Shown here piece after piece: positions 37,193 through 46,371 of a stretch of 64,000 nt of DNA. The notes under the pieces were generated by a model. That model had not been told where the DNA came from and did not search any database. It was given only the letters and a program-made list of their open reading frames with translations. Numbering within the stretch: the first letter of the stretch is position 1; each line of letters opens with the position of its first letter. The DNA lies in IMG/VR virus record IMGVR_UViG_3300020048_000048, positions 1-64,000 of that record; one strand, given 5' to 3'. Made by a program: the position numbers and the translations under genes. This stretch comes from a virus.

Positions 37193-37506
37193 TGAACAAC
37201 TCGTAATCTTGGCTTTTCCTCTTGAAAAAACTTTGAAGCGAAAAGTGTTGATATTTTAAATGTTAAATTGGACACAAAAATCCAATCTAATAAAACAACC
37301 TCGTCTTCTTTTACAATATTAATATACTGCAAATCTTCTTTAGAAGCTAACGGTTCGACCATGTATTTTGGTAAAACTCTGGAATGAAATTCAAATCCTT
37401 CATCAATCAACAACTCAAATGCATGAGTAATTAATTGATCACAAAATGGAAGCTCAGCGACCAATTTTGAAAAAAGCACAAATTGTTTATCATCCCAAAC
37501 AATCAT
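37189..37506 (-). CDS. Hypothetical protein
   Basis: 105-aa ORF. Confidence 0.55.
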   Translation of the reverse strand: MIVWDDKQFVLFSKLVAELPFCDQLITHAFELLIDEGFEFHSRVLPKYMVEPLASKEDLQYINIVKEDEVVLLDWIFVSNLTFKISTLFASKFFQEEKPRLRVVQ

Positions 37507-37509
37507 ACA

Positions 37510-37851
37510 TCACCTTTCTAAATAAAACCACTTACCCTTATAGAACATTAATTGAAATGCTCCATAAGGGTAAAATGTTTTCGTTAAAGTTCCGTCAAAG
37601 AAAGTATTTGACGAACTACATGTTACTGTAAACTCAAAATCGTCTGCAATTATTTGAATTTTATCATTATTATTAACAACAGGTAAAGTAACTTCACAAT
37701 TTGCAAAAATCCAATTATAAGAATTTGTTTGCAAGACTCCATCTTCATAAAATTCTTTATTTTTAAAATAAAAAGCTCTTTTAAAACTTTCCTTTGTGAA
37801 CGACTCTCCATTCACGGTTATAATCTCTGGTTTAAAGTTCATAGTTTTCAT
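37510..37851 (-). CDS. Hypothetical protein
   Basis: Start moved to 37851 because a promoter lies at 37881-37907. Confidence 0.55.
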   Translation of the reverse strand: MKTMNFKPEIITVNGESFTKESFKRAFYFKNKEFYEDGVLQTNSYNWIFANCEVTLPVVNNNDKIQIIADDFEFTVTCSSSNTFFDGTLTKTFYPYGAFQLMFYKGKWFYLER

Positions 37852-37880
37852 TTTTGTTCCTTTTTCATTTCCTTTTATAC

Positions 37881-37907
37881 TTAACGGAAGATTTAAGAAA
37901 AACTTTA
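37881..37907 (-). promoter_or_regulatory. sigma28-like promoter
   Basis: TAAAGTTT-N11-TCCGTTAA. Confidence 0.75.
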
Positions 37908-37917
37908 ATTTTTTCAT

Positions 37918-37949
37918 AAAAAAAAGAGCCTGTTAAAAAAAACAAGCTC
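37918..37949 (-). terminator. Intrinsic terminator after the fibre gene
   Basis: GAGCTTGTT/AACAGGCTC stem plus T-run on the - strand. Confidence 0.55.
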
Positions 37950-37970
37950 AGATTTTTATGAAAAAGCTCA

Positions 37971-40058
37971 TTAAAGAGCTACACTAAACCTTTGTTTTAC
38001 ACGAATAACTCCGTCAAACGAAAGGTCAAGAGATTGTGCACCATCAAATGGAACTTCAATTACAATATCACCTGATGAATTGATTTCAAAATCAACTACA
38101 ACTGGTTCTAATGCTGTTCCCACTTGCTCAAGTATTTCAACATCAACATTTGGACCACATCCATGAGAACTTGCAAGAAGTGTAATAGTTTTCACGCCAG
38201 TACCTTCTGCAAAGGAAGCTTTAACAAATGACTTGTCTTTTTCTCTTAGAGTTCTAATTCCATCAGAAACTTCAAGACCACTTTCTGATGAAAGCCTAAC
38301 ACTTAAACCACTTGCATCAACTTGTAAACTTGTATCTTTAAGCTTAATAGCAACAGCGTCTCCAGACAATTCAATGCCGTTACCAGCATTAATAGAGAGA
38401 ACACCGCCAGCTAACGCCAACCCATCTCCAGCAACGCCACTTGCGAGCTTTAGCTTGTTAGAATCTAATATAAAACTTGAAGTATCGATGTCAAGAGAAA
38501 GTGCACCACCAATAACAACAAGACCACCATTCGCATTGCGTTTTACTTGAAGTTTATTACCAACAACCTCAATCGTTTCTCCATCAGTTTCAGCGTAAAT
38601 ACCACTTGCACCAACTTTAATTGCAGAAGATGAATCAATTTTAAGAGACAATCCAGAAGCGTCACTTAAAATTGTCGAAGAACCTACGGCAGAAATTACG
38701 TTTCCATTTTTTGACAAACCATCGCCAGCATTAATTTGACCAGCCCCAGAGAACTGAATAAATACCAACTCACTTGATTCTAATATAACTTGTGAATCTG
38801 GTGTTGACAATACGAATGAAGAATCTTTATAATTAGTTCCTTCGGTAACTAAAACATACATTCCTGATTTAACTTCAGCCCATGGATTAGGTATATTATT
38901 TGCATCTTCACTTCTTGACCAACCATCATTACTACAAACATAAATACCATTTTGTCTCTTATCTGTTTGACCAGCGACAAGAACACGATCTCCAGCAACA
39001 ATAGAAACGCCATCAATTTCTTGTGCACCAGAAAGAGTAATATTTGCACCAAAAGAAGACGCTCTAACAGGATCTTTAATAAATAGTCCTTGGACAACTT
39101 GATCTACATAACCCTTATTAGCTACGTCAGTTGATTGAACTGGCGTTGCGCATCCGATTATTTTATGATCACCCATGTTTAAATCACCAGTCATCGCAAT
39201 AGCGCCATTGTGGTACAATACTTTAGCGTCAAGTGCGTCAAGTTGACCCTTATTTACCGCATCAGTATCTGCAACACCAGCAACAACTCCAGTAACTTTA
39301 TGAGTTCCTGCATTAAGGTCTCCAGTCATCGCACGAGATCCATCAATCATCAAGAACTTAAGGTCTTCTGCTTGAAGTTCTCCAATTTGAGTTGTGTGAT
39401 CTGATGTTAATGTTTCAAGAGCACCAATATCGATTTCAGCCGTATCAAGATCACTTTGAAGAGTTACGATTTGACCCTCAGCCGTGACAAGACGACCATC
39501 AAGAGTAGAAATTTGACCAGTATGAGTTGATGTTAATGTTTCAAGAGCAACAATATCACCCTCTGCTACAGTAACACGTCCTGCAAGGGTTGTTAAATTT
39601 GTATTTACACCAACAATTGCGCCATCGAGTTGACCTTTATTTACAGCGTCAGTCGCATTCGTACCGTTTGCAACGTTAACTATTGGTTTATTTCCAGCGT
39701 CTAAAGATCCATTTGCATCCCTTGAGCTGTAATTGATTACCATAAATGCATCTTTGCCAGTATCAGTTTTCACTTTTTTAACTTCAACTAACGCATTAGG
39801 AACAGCAGTTCCAATTGATTCTGAATTGTAACTAATTGTAACACCGTAAGCACTTGGATTCACCAAGACAAAACCCCAACCAATGCTTACAGTTGCAGGA
39901 TCTGGCAAATTAATTGTTACCATACTTGTTGCTTTCATTATCATATATCCAACACTATTCTTGGACATTGAAATGTCTGCAATTAATTCAAAAATATCAT
40001 GCTCAAAACGACGAGCACGAACAAACGATTCAAAAATATAAGGACTTTTTACTAACAT
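37971..40058 (-). CDS. Trimeric fibre protein (YadA-like neck motifs, coiled coil, AGxGL repeats)
   Basis: TDAVNKGQL twice, TDVANKGYVD, GDRVLVAGQTDKRQNGIY, INAGDGL/AGNGI repeats. Confidence 0.75.
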   Translation of the reverse strand: MLVKSPYIFESFVRARRFEHDIFELIADISMSKNSVGYMIMKATSMVTINLPDPATVSIGWGFVLVNPSAYGVTISYNSESIGTAVPNALVEVKKVKTDTGKDAFMVINYSSRDANGSLDAGNKPIVNVANGTNATDAVNKGQLDGAIVGVNTNLTTLAGRVTVAEGDIVALETLTSTHTGQISTLDGRLVTAEGQIVTLQSDLDTAEIDIGALETLTSDHTTQIGELQAEDLKFLMIDGSRAMTGDLNAGTHKVTGVVAGVADTDAVNKGQLDALDAKVLYHNGAIAMTGDLNMGDHKIIGCATPVQSTDVANKGYVDQVVQGLFIKDPVRASSFGANITLSGAQEIDGVSIVAGDRVLVAGQTDKRQNGIYVCSNDGWSRSEDANNIPNPWAEVKSGMYVLVTEGTNYKDSSFVLSTPDSQVILESSELVFIQFSGAGQINAGDGLSKNGNVISAVGSSTILSDASGLSLKIDSSSAIKVGASGIYAETDGETIEVVGNKLQVKRNANGGLVVIGGALSLDIDTSSFILDSNKLKLASGVAGDGLALAGGVLSINAGNGIELSGDAVAIKLKDTSLQVDASGLSVRLSSESGLEVSDGIRTLREKDKSFVKASFAEGTGVKTITLLASSHGCGPNVDVEILEQVGTALEPVVVDFEINSSGDIVIEVPFDGAQSLDLSFDGVIRVKQRFSVAL

Positions 40059-40121
40059 AATTACCTCCTAAGTAATTAAAAACTTCACCAAAAATGGCTT
40101 AAGTTATTTTACAAAAAAAAC

Positions 40122-40598
40122 TCACAAAATCCCACTATCACCAACAACCATATTCGCATTAAGCGAACGACTTTCTGGTATTGGGTAACTTTTCAGATGG
40201 GGATTTTTATCCCTGTCTGGCAAAACTGTAAATGTTTGTTGTTGAGAATTATTATTAAAAACATTTTCAACAATTTTCACTTGATTAACATTCTTTTTCA
40301 ACACTTCTACCTGATTTTCAACTACATTTATCTTTGTAGATAAATTTTCTAATTGTTGATTAAGTTCAACAATTTTACTAATCAAACCTTGGGCAGTTGT
40401 TTCAAACTGTTGAATTAACGTAATAGAATCCTTGTTAGGATTTTTTACAAAAGTGTCTTCTAAAAAATGTTCAATCGCTGACTGAAACAATTGATAAGCT
40501 TTTGGCTCAACACTTACCATTCTTTCTTTCAATTCTTCATCATCTAAAAGTTCTATAAACTTTAATTGGTTTTTTAACTTTTCAGAAATTTTCGCCAT
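40122..40598 (-). CDS. Hypothetical coiled-coil protein
   Basis: AGGAGG RBS; sigma28-like promoter upstream. Confidence 0.6.
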   Translation of the reverse strand: MAKISEKLKNQLKFIELLDDEELKERMVSVEPKAYQLFQSAIEHFLEDTFVKNPNKDSITLIQQFETTAQGLISKIVELNQQLENLSTKINVVENQVEVLKKNVNQVKIVENVFNNNSQQQTFTVLPDRDKNPHLKSYPIPESRSLNANMVVGDSGIL

Positions 40599-40619
40599 AA
40601 AACCTCCTTTCTAACACAC

Positions 40620-40646
40620 TTAACGGAATAATTTTAAAAAACTTAA
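40620..40646 (-). promoter_or_regulatory. sigma28-like promoter
   Basis: TTAAGTTT-N11-TCCGTTAA. Confidence 0.7.
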
Positions 40647-40655
40647 ATTTATTTC

Positions 40656-40682
40656 TAAAGTTTTTTAAAAAAAATCCGATAA
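40656..40682 (+). promoter_or_regulatory. Near-canonical sigma28 promoter firing antisense into the head-tail adaptor gene
   Basis: TAAAGTTT-N11-TCCGATAA with no + strand ORF downstream. Confidence 0.6.
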
Positions 40683-40685
40683 TGA

Positions 40686-41552
40686 TTATTTTCCACCTGC
40701 AACTCTGATTTTTACACCTTTGGAGTGTGCTTTTAGGAGTAATTGTTTTTGTTGCTGTATAACTTTTTGCAACATTTCAATTTTCTGAATCAACAATTGA
40801 GGACCAACTAATGAAGCTGATTGACTTACTCCATCAATCGACACCGAAGTTGAATTAAACGGCGTAATATGTGCATGATAATCTATTAACATATTAACTG
40901 TCGCTACGTCTAAAATAAGTTTTACAAGGTTTGCAGGAAGTTTTTCAGAATCAAAACCGTACCTAAATCTTACTTTAATTGACATTGGTCTATTATTTCC
41001 CATTGGAGTCATATAAAGAGGTGACGCATCTGGATAAGCATTAAATGCGAACTTATTCAAAAACGCACCAATACTTGGACTCATGGTAATTTTATTACGA
41101 TGAAGAACAATCCATGATGGAGGAATCTCTCTTGAAAAAAAAGGAGATCCTGTTAAGGCATGAGGAAAACAAATTTCCACACCCATAATAGCCGTAACTG
41201 GGAATCTGTTTAGATCAATAGGAACCTGATCATCATAATATCGATGCTCATAAATATAAGAGTGAACTTTTTCAGCTTCTTGTTCTGAAAATGATGTTTC
41301 CAACTCCTGTTCAAGCTGTGTCACTGCGTTACTTAAATGCAATTGTAATAATGGCTCATTACTCTTCATTTCATTTACTAAAGCAGAAACTCTATCCAAA
41401 CCCATAAATGCAACTTCTGCAAAATCATTTAGTGTTGGAAATGGTAAAAACCTTGTAATTCCACTTTCTATTTGACTGTTTTTAACCATAATTGGGTAAC
41501 TATGGTATTCATTATAATAAGCTCCAACACTATTTGAATAATCAATTCCCAT
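40686..41552 (-). CDS. Head-tail adaptor/neck protein
   Basis: LNRFPVTAI...IKVRFRYGF...LPANL...SVSIDGVSQS. Confidence 0.65.
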   Translation of the reverse strand: MGIDYSNSVGAYYNEYHSYPIMVKNSQIESGITRFLPFPTLNDFAEVAFMGLDRVSALVNEMKSNEPLLQLHLSNAVTQLEQELETSFSEQEAEKVHSYIYEHRYYDDQVPIDLNRFPVTAIMGVEICFPHALTGSPFFSREIPPSWIVLHRNKITMSPSIGAFLNKFAFNAYPDASPLYMTPMGNNRPMSIKVRFRYGFDSEKLPANLVKLILDVATVNMLIDYHAHITPFNSTSVSIDGVSQSASLVGPQLLIQKIEMLQKVIQQQKQLLLKAHSKGVKIRVAGGK

Positions 41553-41553
41553 A

Positions 41554-41943
41554 TTACACCGTCAATGCAAAGTGTTTAATAATATCTTCACTCAATCCAG
41601 TACTTAATGAAGTTACTTTTAAAAACACATTGCCAATATGAAGGTTTTTAGCCTGATCATTAGTTAGTTGAAAGAAAACAATTGACCTATCTTCAGGATG
41701 AATTAATCCTTGTAACTGATAACCTAAATTGATAATAGTTTTGTCACCAATTGAAGTTTTACTTGCCCTTTGCACATCTAACATAACAACTGCGTCTGAA
41801 GGTAGTACAAACCTTCTTAATCCAAGAGCATCATTAATTTGCATTTGGATATAAAAAGAAAAAGAAGTCTTTTTTATCTTCAGGACATCTTCTAATGTAT
41901 AGAAGTTTGGCAGTTTAATCTCTTTCAAGAATTGAAATTCCAT
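41554..41943 (-). CDS. Putative virion structural protein
   Basis: Late box at 41984-41991; co-transcribed with the adaptor gene. Confidence 0.45.
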   Translation of the reverse strand: MEFQFLKEIKLPNFYTLEDVLKIKKTSFSFYIQMQINDALGLRRFVLPSDAVVMLDVQRASKTSIGDKTIINLGYQLQGLIHPEDRSIVFFQLTNDQAKNLHIGNVFLKVTSLSTGLSEDIIKHFALTV

Positions 41944-41954
41944 TTTTTCACTCC

Positions 41955-41984
41955 AAAAAAGCCTGAAGACAAAATCTTCAGGCT
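41955..41984 (-). terminator. Intrinsic terminator
   Basis: AGCCTGAAGA/TCTTCAGGCT stem followed by a T-run. Confidence 0.75.
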
Positions 41985-42014
41985 TATTTTAATGTTGATT
42001 TATTATACTTTCCC

Positions 42015-42239
42015 TCAACTTTGTTCTTCTTCGTCTCTTTCGTCTTTTTTTCCAATTTTACTACTTTCATAAGCATTCGCTCCAGCAACACCACAACAAA
42101 CAGTTGCTATGGCTAATGACACATCAAAATCTTTCTTAATACCTAAAACTAAAAGGGTTCCAATACCAACAAGAGCAACAACGGTTCTCCTGTCAAGAAG
42201 ATGAAAAATTATCTCCTTTGTATTTTTACCCCTACTCAT
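42015..42239 (-). CDS. Holin-like two-TM membrane protein
   Basis: Two hydrophobic helices and a highly charged C-terminus. Confidence 0.5.
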   Translation of the reverse strand: MSRGKNTKEIIFHLLDRRTVVALVGIGTLLVLGIKKDFDVSLAIATVCCGVAGANAYESSKIGKKDERDEEEQS

Positions 42240-42240
42240 T

Positions 42241-42861
42241 TTAGATTTCCACCTTATAAGATTTTGCAACTTTCATCCCAGTTTCAACATCCTTTCGGAA
42301 TGCTTGAACAACTTCTAAAGGAATCTTCTCACCATCTTTAAGACGTGAGGTAAGTTCTTTCATATAATCGTTTTGAGATTTTTTTACTGGAGCTTTTTCT
42401 TGTTGAGGTGTATTATTAGAAGCTTTAAAGCCACCACTTGCCATCATTTCTATTTTCTTTTCTAAAGCCTTAATAGACTTTTGAACTTCTTGAACTTCAG
42501 GGGATGGTGCAGACCTTGATTCTAACTCTTGTTGAAGCATTTGAATCAAAGATTGAATAGCTTCAGGAGGTAAAGATTTTGCCATTTGAATAATAGCTTC
42601 CTCACCTTGAGAACCATCATCTTCTTGAGGAGCTTGAGAAGGATCTTGAGCAGGGGATTGACCTTGAGAGGGGTCTTGGTCAGGAGCTGGTTGCTCAGGA
42701 GATTGACCTTCTTGAGGTTGTGAGGGGTCTTGGTCAGGAGCAGGTTGTGAACTAGGATCACTTTGCTCAGGTTGTTTTTCAAAATCCATAGAAGGATCTG
42801 GCATGGATTTTAAAACCTTGTTCAATTGTTCTACTTGTTTTATCATATCTTCTAGTTTCAT
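42241..42861 (-). CDS. Putative prohead scaffolding protein
   Basis: Q/P/D low-complexity repeats, coiled coil and five xxKS motifs (VLKS, MAKS, VQKS, VKKS, VAKS). Confidence 0.55.
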   Translation of the reverse strand: MKLEDMIKQVEQLNKVLKSMPDPSMDFEKQPEQSDPSSQPAPDQDPSQPQEGQSPEQPAPDQDPSQGQSPAQDPSQAPQEDDGSQGEEAIIQMAKSLPPEAIQSLIQMLQQELESRSAPSPEVQEVQKSIKALEKKIEMMASGGFKASNNTPQQEKAPVKKSQNDYMKELTSRLKDGEKIPLEVVQAFRKDVETGMKVAKSYKVEI

Positions 42862-42873
42862 AACTACTCCTTA

Positions 42874-43341
42874 TTAATGTCCAAATTGTGAAATTTGGAT
42901 ACCATGACCAAGAGTATATTTATAAGAACCTTCAACCGCAACACCATCAAGAGCAACTGTCTTTGGCATCGTTCCTGATGCTGTACAGAATACTTTTACT
43001 GTTGCTTGTTTGTGGGCACGAATAATCATAAGTAGGTCTTGAATTTCCATAAGTTTTGACATTGGAAGATCTTCAACCAACACTTCAAACATAATTCCAC
43101 CAGAAAGTTTTTGATCGCCAATAACAGACATCATACGTCTATTATCGCCCCATGATTTTGCAGAGTCAACAAGTTTTACAATAACTTGTTTTTGACCAGC
43201 AGATGGTGTTTCAGATTCAAAGTTCATCCGAATATGTGCATCATTTCCATCAAATTGAACTTGATGAGAAACGGGTTTGATAGATCTAACTTCCATTGCA
43301 GAAAGTAAGCCATCAATTTCTTGTATTAACCTTGAGTTCAT
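42874..43341 (-). CDS. Putative structural (capsid decoration?) protein
   Basis: Strong AAGGAGG RBS; TAAAATAT box at 43376-43383. Confidence 0.4.
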   Translation of the reverse strand: MNSRLIQEIDGLLSAMEVRSIKPVSHQVQFDGNDAHIRMNFESETPSAGQKQVIVKLVDSAKSWGDNRRMMSVIGDQKLSGGIMFEVLVEDLPMSKLMEIQDLLMIIRAHKQATVKVFCTASGTMPKTVALDGVAVEGSYKYTLGHGIQISQFGH

Positions 43342-43460
43342 TTTTGAACCTCCTTTTAGTTACAAATTTACTTCAATATTTTAACAAAAAATGTGAAAAA
43401 ATAAAGAAGAACAAAAACAACGATAAAAAAACATTGTCATATCAAAAGGATAACAATATT

Positions 43461-43491
43461 AAAAAAAAATCCTTACTTAAAAAAGTAAGGA
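43461..43491 (-). terminator. Intrinsic terminator
   Basis: TCCTTACTT/AAGTAAGGA stem followed by T9. Confidence 0.7.
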
Positions 43492-43497
43492 AAAGAT

Positions 43498-44061
43498 TTA
43501 AAGATTTAAGCCAACCCCTATCCCAAACGTTAAATCTTGTTGAACAAAAATATTAACCTCAAACATTCCTTTTTCAATACCAACTTGACCAAAATATTTC
43601 AATTTACTGTCTTCTAAAAAAGCACCTACACCAATTTTGTAAGACGAATTTGACTCAATTTTTTCAAAAGTCTTTTCTTTTTCTATTTCCAATTTTTCAT
43701 TAACCTCCAAAGTAGCCTCCTTTGAAGATTCTTCTTTGGATTCTATTTTTTCTTCTTTTATTAACTCTTCTTTTGTTTCTGAAGACTTCTCTTCAACAAT
43801 ATAGATAACTTCCTTTCCAGAAGGTTCTTTAACAATTTTTGTAACCGTTTTTGTATTCACTTTTTCTTCTTTTTTAGAATTTTCTTCTTTTAATATTAAA
43901 ATTTCTTTTTTAAGAGATTCAGTTAAAGACATGTCTAACTCTTTTACAGAAATTATCTTTTCTCTTTCAACTTCTTTTATAGAAATTTCTTTAGGCTTGA
44001 AAAAAGAATAAGAAAAACCTACCAACAATCCAGCTATTAAAAAATAATATTCATTTTTCAT
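43498..44061 (-). CDS. Spanin-like membrane protein (N-terminal TM, charged stalk, C-terminal beta strands)
   Basis: YFLIAGLLVGFSYSF; E/K-rich stalk; YKIGVGAF...FGIGVGLNL. Confidence 0.4.
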   Translation of the reverse strand: MKNEYYFLIAGLLVGFSYSFFKPKEISIKEVEREKIISVKELDMSLTESLKKEILILKEENSKKEEKVNTKTVTKIVKEPSGKEVIYIVEEKSSETKEELIKEEKIESKEESSKEATLEVNEKLEIEKEKTFEKIESNSSYKIGVGAFLEDSKLKYFGQVGIEKGMFEVNIFVQQDLTFGIGVGLNL

Positions 44062-44303
44062 ACATTTCTCTCAATCAGTTTTAAAAGTAACGTTTCTTTA
44101 TCAAGATCGTCAAAACAATCTTCATATATTTGCATCGAAACTTCCAATGCTCCAAAAAGTGCAAAAATTACTTCTTTGGGATAAACTTCCCAATATCTTG
44201 AGATAATATCTGTAATCTCATGGTTAATATCCTGAACAATGCCCACTTGTTTAACAAGCTCTTTTTCTTGCCTCTTTTTATCCAAAGATCTCACATTCTC
44301 CAT
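44058..44303 (-). CDS. Hypothetical protein
   Basis: GAGG RBS; sigma28-like promoter upstream. Confidence 0.6.
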   Translation of the reverse strand: MENVRSLDKKRQEKELVKQVGIVQDINHEITDIISRYWEVYPKEVIFALFGALEVSMQIYEDCFDDLDKETLLLKLIERNV

Positions 44304-44326
44304 AAAACACCTCTTGCTTTACTTAC

Positions 44327-44353
44327 TTAACGGAATTTATTTAAAAAACTTTA
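44327..44353 (-). promoter_or_regulatory. sigma28-like promoter
   Basis: TAAAGTTT-N11-TCCGTTAA. Confidence 0.75.
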
Positions 44354-45524
44354 ATAATTCTTCTAATTTTTCCTGAAAAAGTTTTTGTAAATTCTTATCC
44401 TCAAAGAATATCTTAACTCTCTTACCATCCCTTAAAGCAGAACGCCAAATTGATTGTTGAACTTTGTCAAACATAATCCCATCAGCATCATCTCCAAAAA
44501 CATCATCAATATTGTTAAATTTACTTCCAGCAAAGACATTAATTTTGTTCAAATTCCTATAAACATTGCTCCCAGTTTTATTCAAATGAATGCTGTTTTT
44601 GCAGGAATTTTTACCCTTCTGTTTTTTTGTAAGAATTGTTAAAACATCATTACCATCTTTAAATGGAACGTCTACATAGGTAATATTTTTTAAAGCTTTT
44701 TTTAATAAATCTATATTTTTTTCACCAAAAACAATATTCGCTCCACCGAACATTTGATTATACTTATTAAAATGGAAGATACTCGCACTCATAACCACTT
44801 GAGTTTTAAAACAGTGATTCAACTTCTCAAAAGTATTTTTATCATCATTAACGATTGAATATAGCCATTTAAATTTTAAAGCCTCTTTTTTTACATGATT
44901 ATGAGCTTCATCGTCAGATTTTTTAAATTTTCTTGCCAATTTAAAATTATGGTTACAACCTTCAAAACCCTCTTTATTATAAGGATAAAGGTATCTTAAA
45001 AAACTATATGGAATTTCATCAAAAATAATCTTTGTATTTTTTAAATTCCATGAAAGGTTATAGATAGATTCGGAAGTAATGATTTTAACTTTAGATTTCT
45101 TAAACTTTTCATTAGCAATTAATGCTTTTGCCTTTGATGATTCTTTATAATTAAGAGTTTCTGAAATAAAATCATTTTCTTTTTCCAAAATTCTATTAAT
45201 CCAAACTTTGTCCTGTATTGAATAATATGAATTTTCAATTTCTTGTAAATCCTCTGAAGTAACATCTTTGCCCATTTTTATAAATAATTTTTTCATATAA
45301 TATGTGGTATTTGTCGGATCAATTAGTTTAATTTTTCTTTTTAACCTTATTAAAAACTCTAATATCTCTATTCTTCTAAAACATGCGTATACTAATGTTT
45401 CATCACTTCTTCCTAACAATATCTCAACTACTAAGTTAATAACCTCCTCTGTCTTTCCACTCCCAGTCCAAGCACTGTAAAAATAAAAACCATCGTTCTT
45501 TAGAATATCCGACAACTCACTCAT
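44337..45524 (-). CDS. SF2 helicase-like/origin-binding-type P-loop protein
   Basis: Walker A SAWTGSGKT, Walker B IIFDEIP, VMSAS, motif VI-like QQSIWRSALRDG. Confidence 0.6.
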   Translation of the reverse strand: MSELSDILKNDGFYFYSAWTGSGKTEEVINLVVEILLGRSDETLVYACFRRIEILEFLIRLKRKIKLIDPTNTTYYMKKLFIKMGKDVTSEDLQEIENSYYSIQDKVWINRILEKENDFISETLNYKESSKAKALIANEKFKKSKVKIITSESIYNLSWNLKNTKIIFDEIPYSFLRYLYPYNKEGFEGCNHNFKLARKFKKSDDEAHNHVKKEALKFKWLYSIVNDDKNTFEKLNHCFKTQVVMSASIFHFNKYNQMFGGANIVFGEKNIDLLKKALKNITYVDVPFKDGNDVLTILTKKQKGKNSCKNSIHLNKTGSNVYRNLNKINVFAGSKFNNIDDVFGDDADGIMFDKVQQSIWRSALRDGKRVKIFFEDKNLQKLFQEKLEELLKFFK

Positions 45525-45566
45525 TTTCTTACCTCTTTCGTTCGTACTCCTTTTGCCTTAACTTAC

Positions 45567-45594
45567 TTAACGAACTTTTTTAACAAAAACTTTA
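45567..45594 (-). promoter_or_regulatory. sigma28-like promoter (variant)
   Basis: TAAAGTTT-N12-TTCGTTAA. Confidence 0.55.
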
Positions 45595-46320
45595 ATTTAT
45601 TTTTAACATTTCTTTTAAGTATTTGATTTTATTAGACTGTAAACATTCGTTGCATAATGTACTAACCTTACCTTTAAGTCGTAAAATGAGTGAAAAGTTA
45701 TTCATACAGTAGTAAGAAAACTTAGTGTTATTTTTAATATTATAAAACAATAAAAAACACATACTTTTCCTTTATTAATCAACATAATTTTTCTGTAAAA
45801 TCTACTACCTCTCTCAATTTTAACCAAAACTGATAATATCACCATCCTTCCGATAAGAAAAAAAAAAGAAAAAAACCTTAAGCTTATAACTAATTGATTA
45901 GCACTTCCTTTTCAAAGCCTTTAATTTTGATCTTACTAAACTCTAACTGATTACTCCTTATTAAATCTTGGTAGTCAAGTAGAGCCTTAGTATTGACTTT
46001 TTTTTCTTTTTTTTCTCAAAAGGCAATTAAAGATCGTTCTGATTGATAATCAACGTGAACCTACTACTTCTAAAATTTCTTTTAAAAGACCACTTCGCTT
46101 CGCTACGTTTAGGTTACATTCGCTAACGCTCATTCCAGTTACCAGTTAAGAACAGATATACACCACAGCTTATTAGTTTGACCCACATTTAATCTTAGTA
46201 GACACAAATGAACAAACATCTTAACCACTAAAAACAAATCAACCAGAGCCAAAAGAATGCTTTTTAGAGCATAACCTATTAAAAACAACATTTTAAAAAA
46301 TACGTTCATATTTTCTCAAT
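45595..46320. other. Long non-coding region, candidate replication origin/ncRNA locus
   Basis: Only large ORF-free gap; lies at a strand switch between divergent helicase genes; A/T tracts, hairpins and TTCGCT repeats. Confidence 0.45.
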
Positions 46321-46326
46321 AAAGAC

Positions 46327-46353
46327 TAAAGTTTTCATTACAAGGTCCGATAT
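46327..46353 (+). promoter_or_regulatory. Near-canonical sigma28/SigD promoter
   Basis: TAAAGTTT-N11-TCCGATAT. Confidence 0.7.
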
Positions 46354-46371
46354 AAATAATAGGAGGTAATT

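Noticed and set aside
43296-43556. 86-aa + strand ORF
   Set aside because: Spans a terminator and promoter region, is Lys/Asn-rich from A-tracts, and overlaps two real genes in antisense.
45595-46320. tRNA cluster or DGR template repeat in the non-coding gap
   Set aside because: No cloverleaf or TTCGA T-loop pattern, and no similarity to the lectin variable region, was seen.
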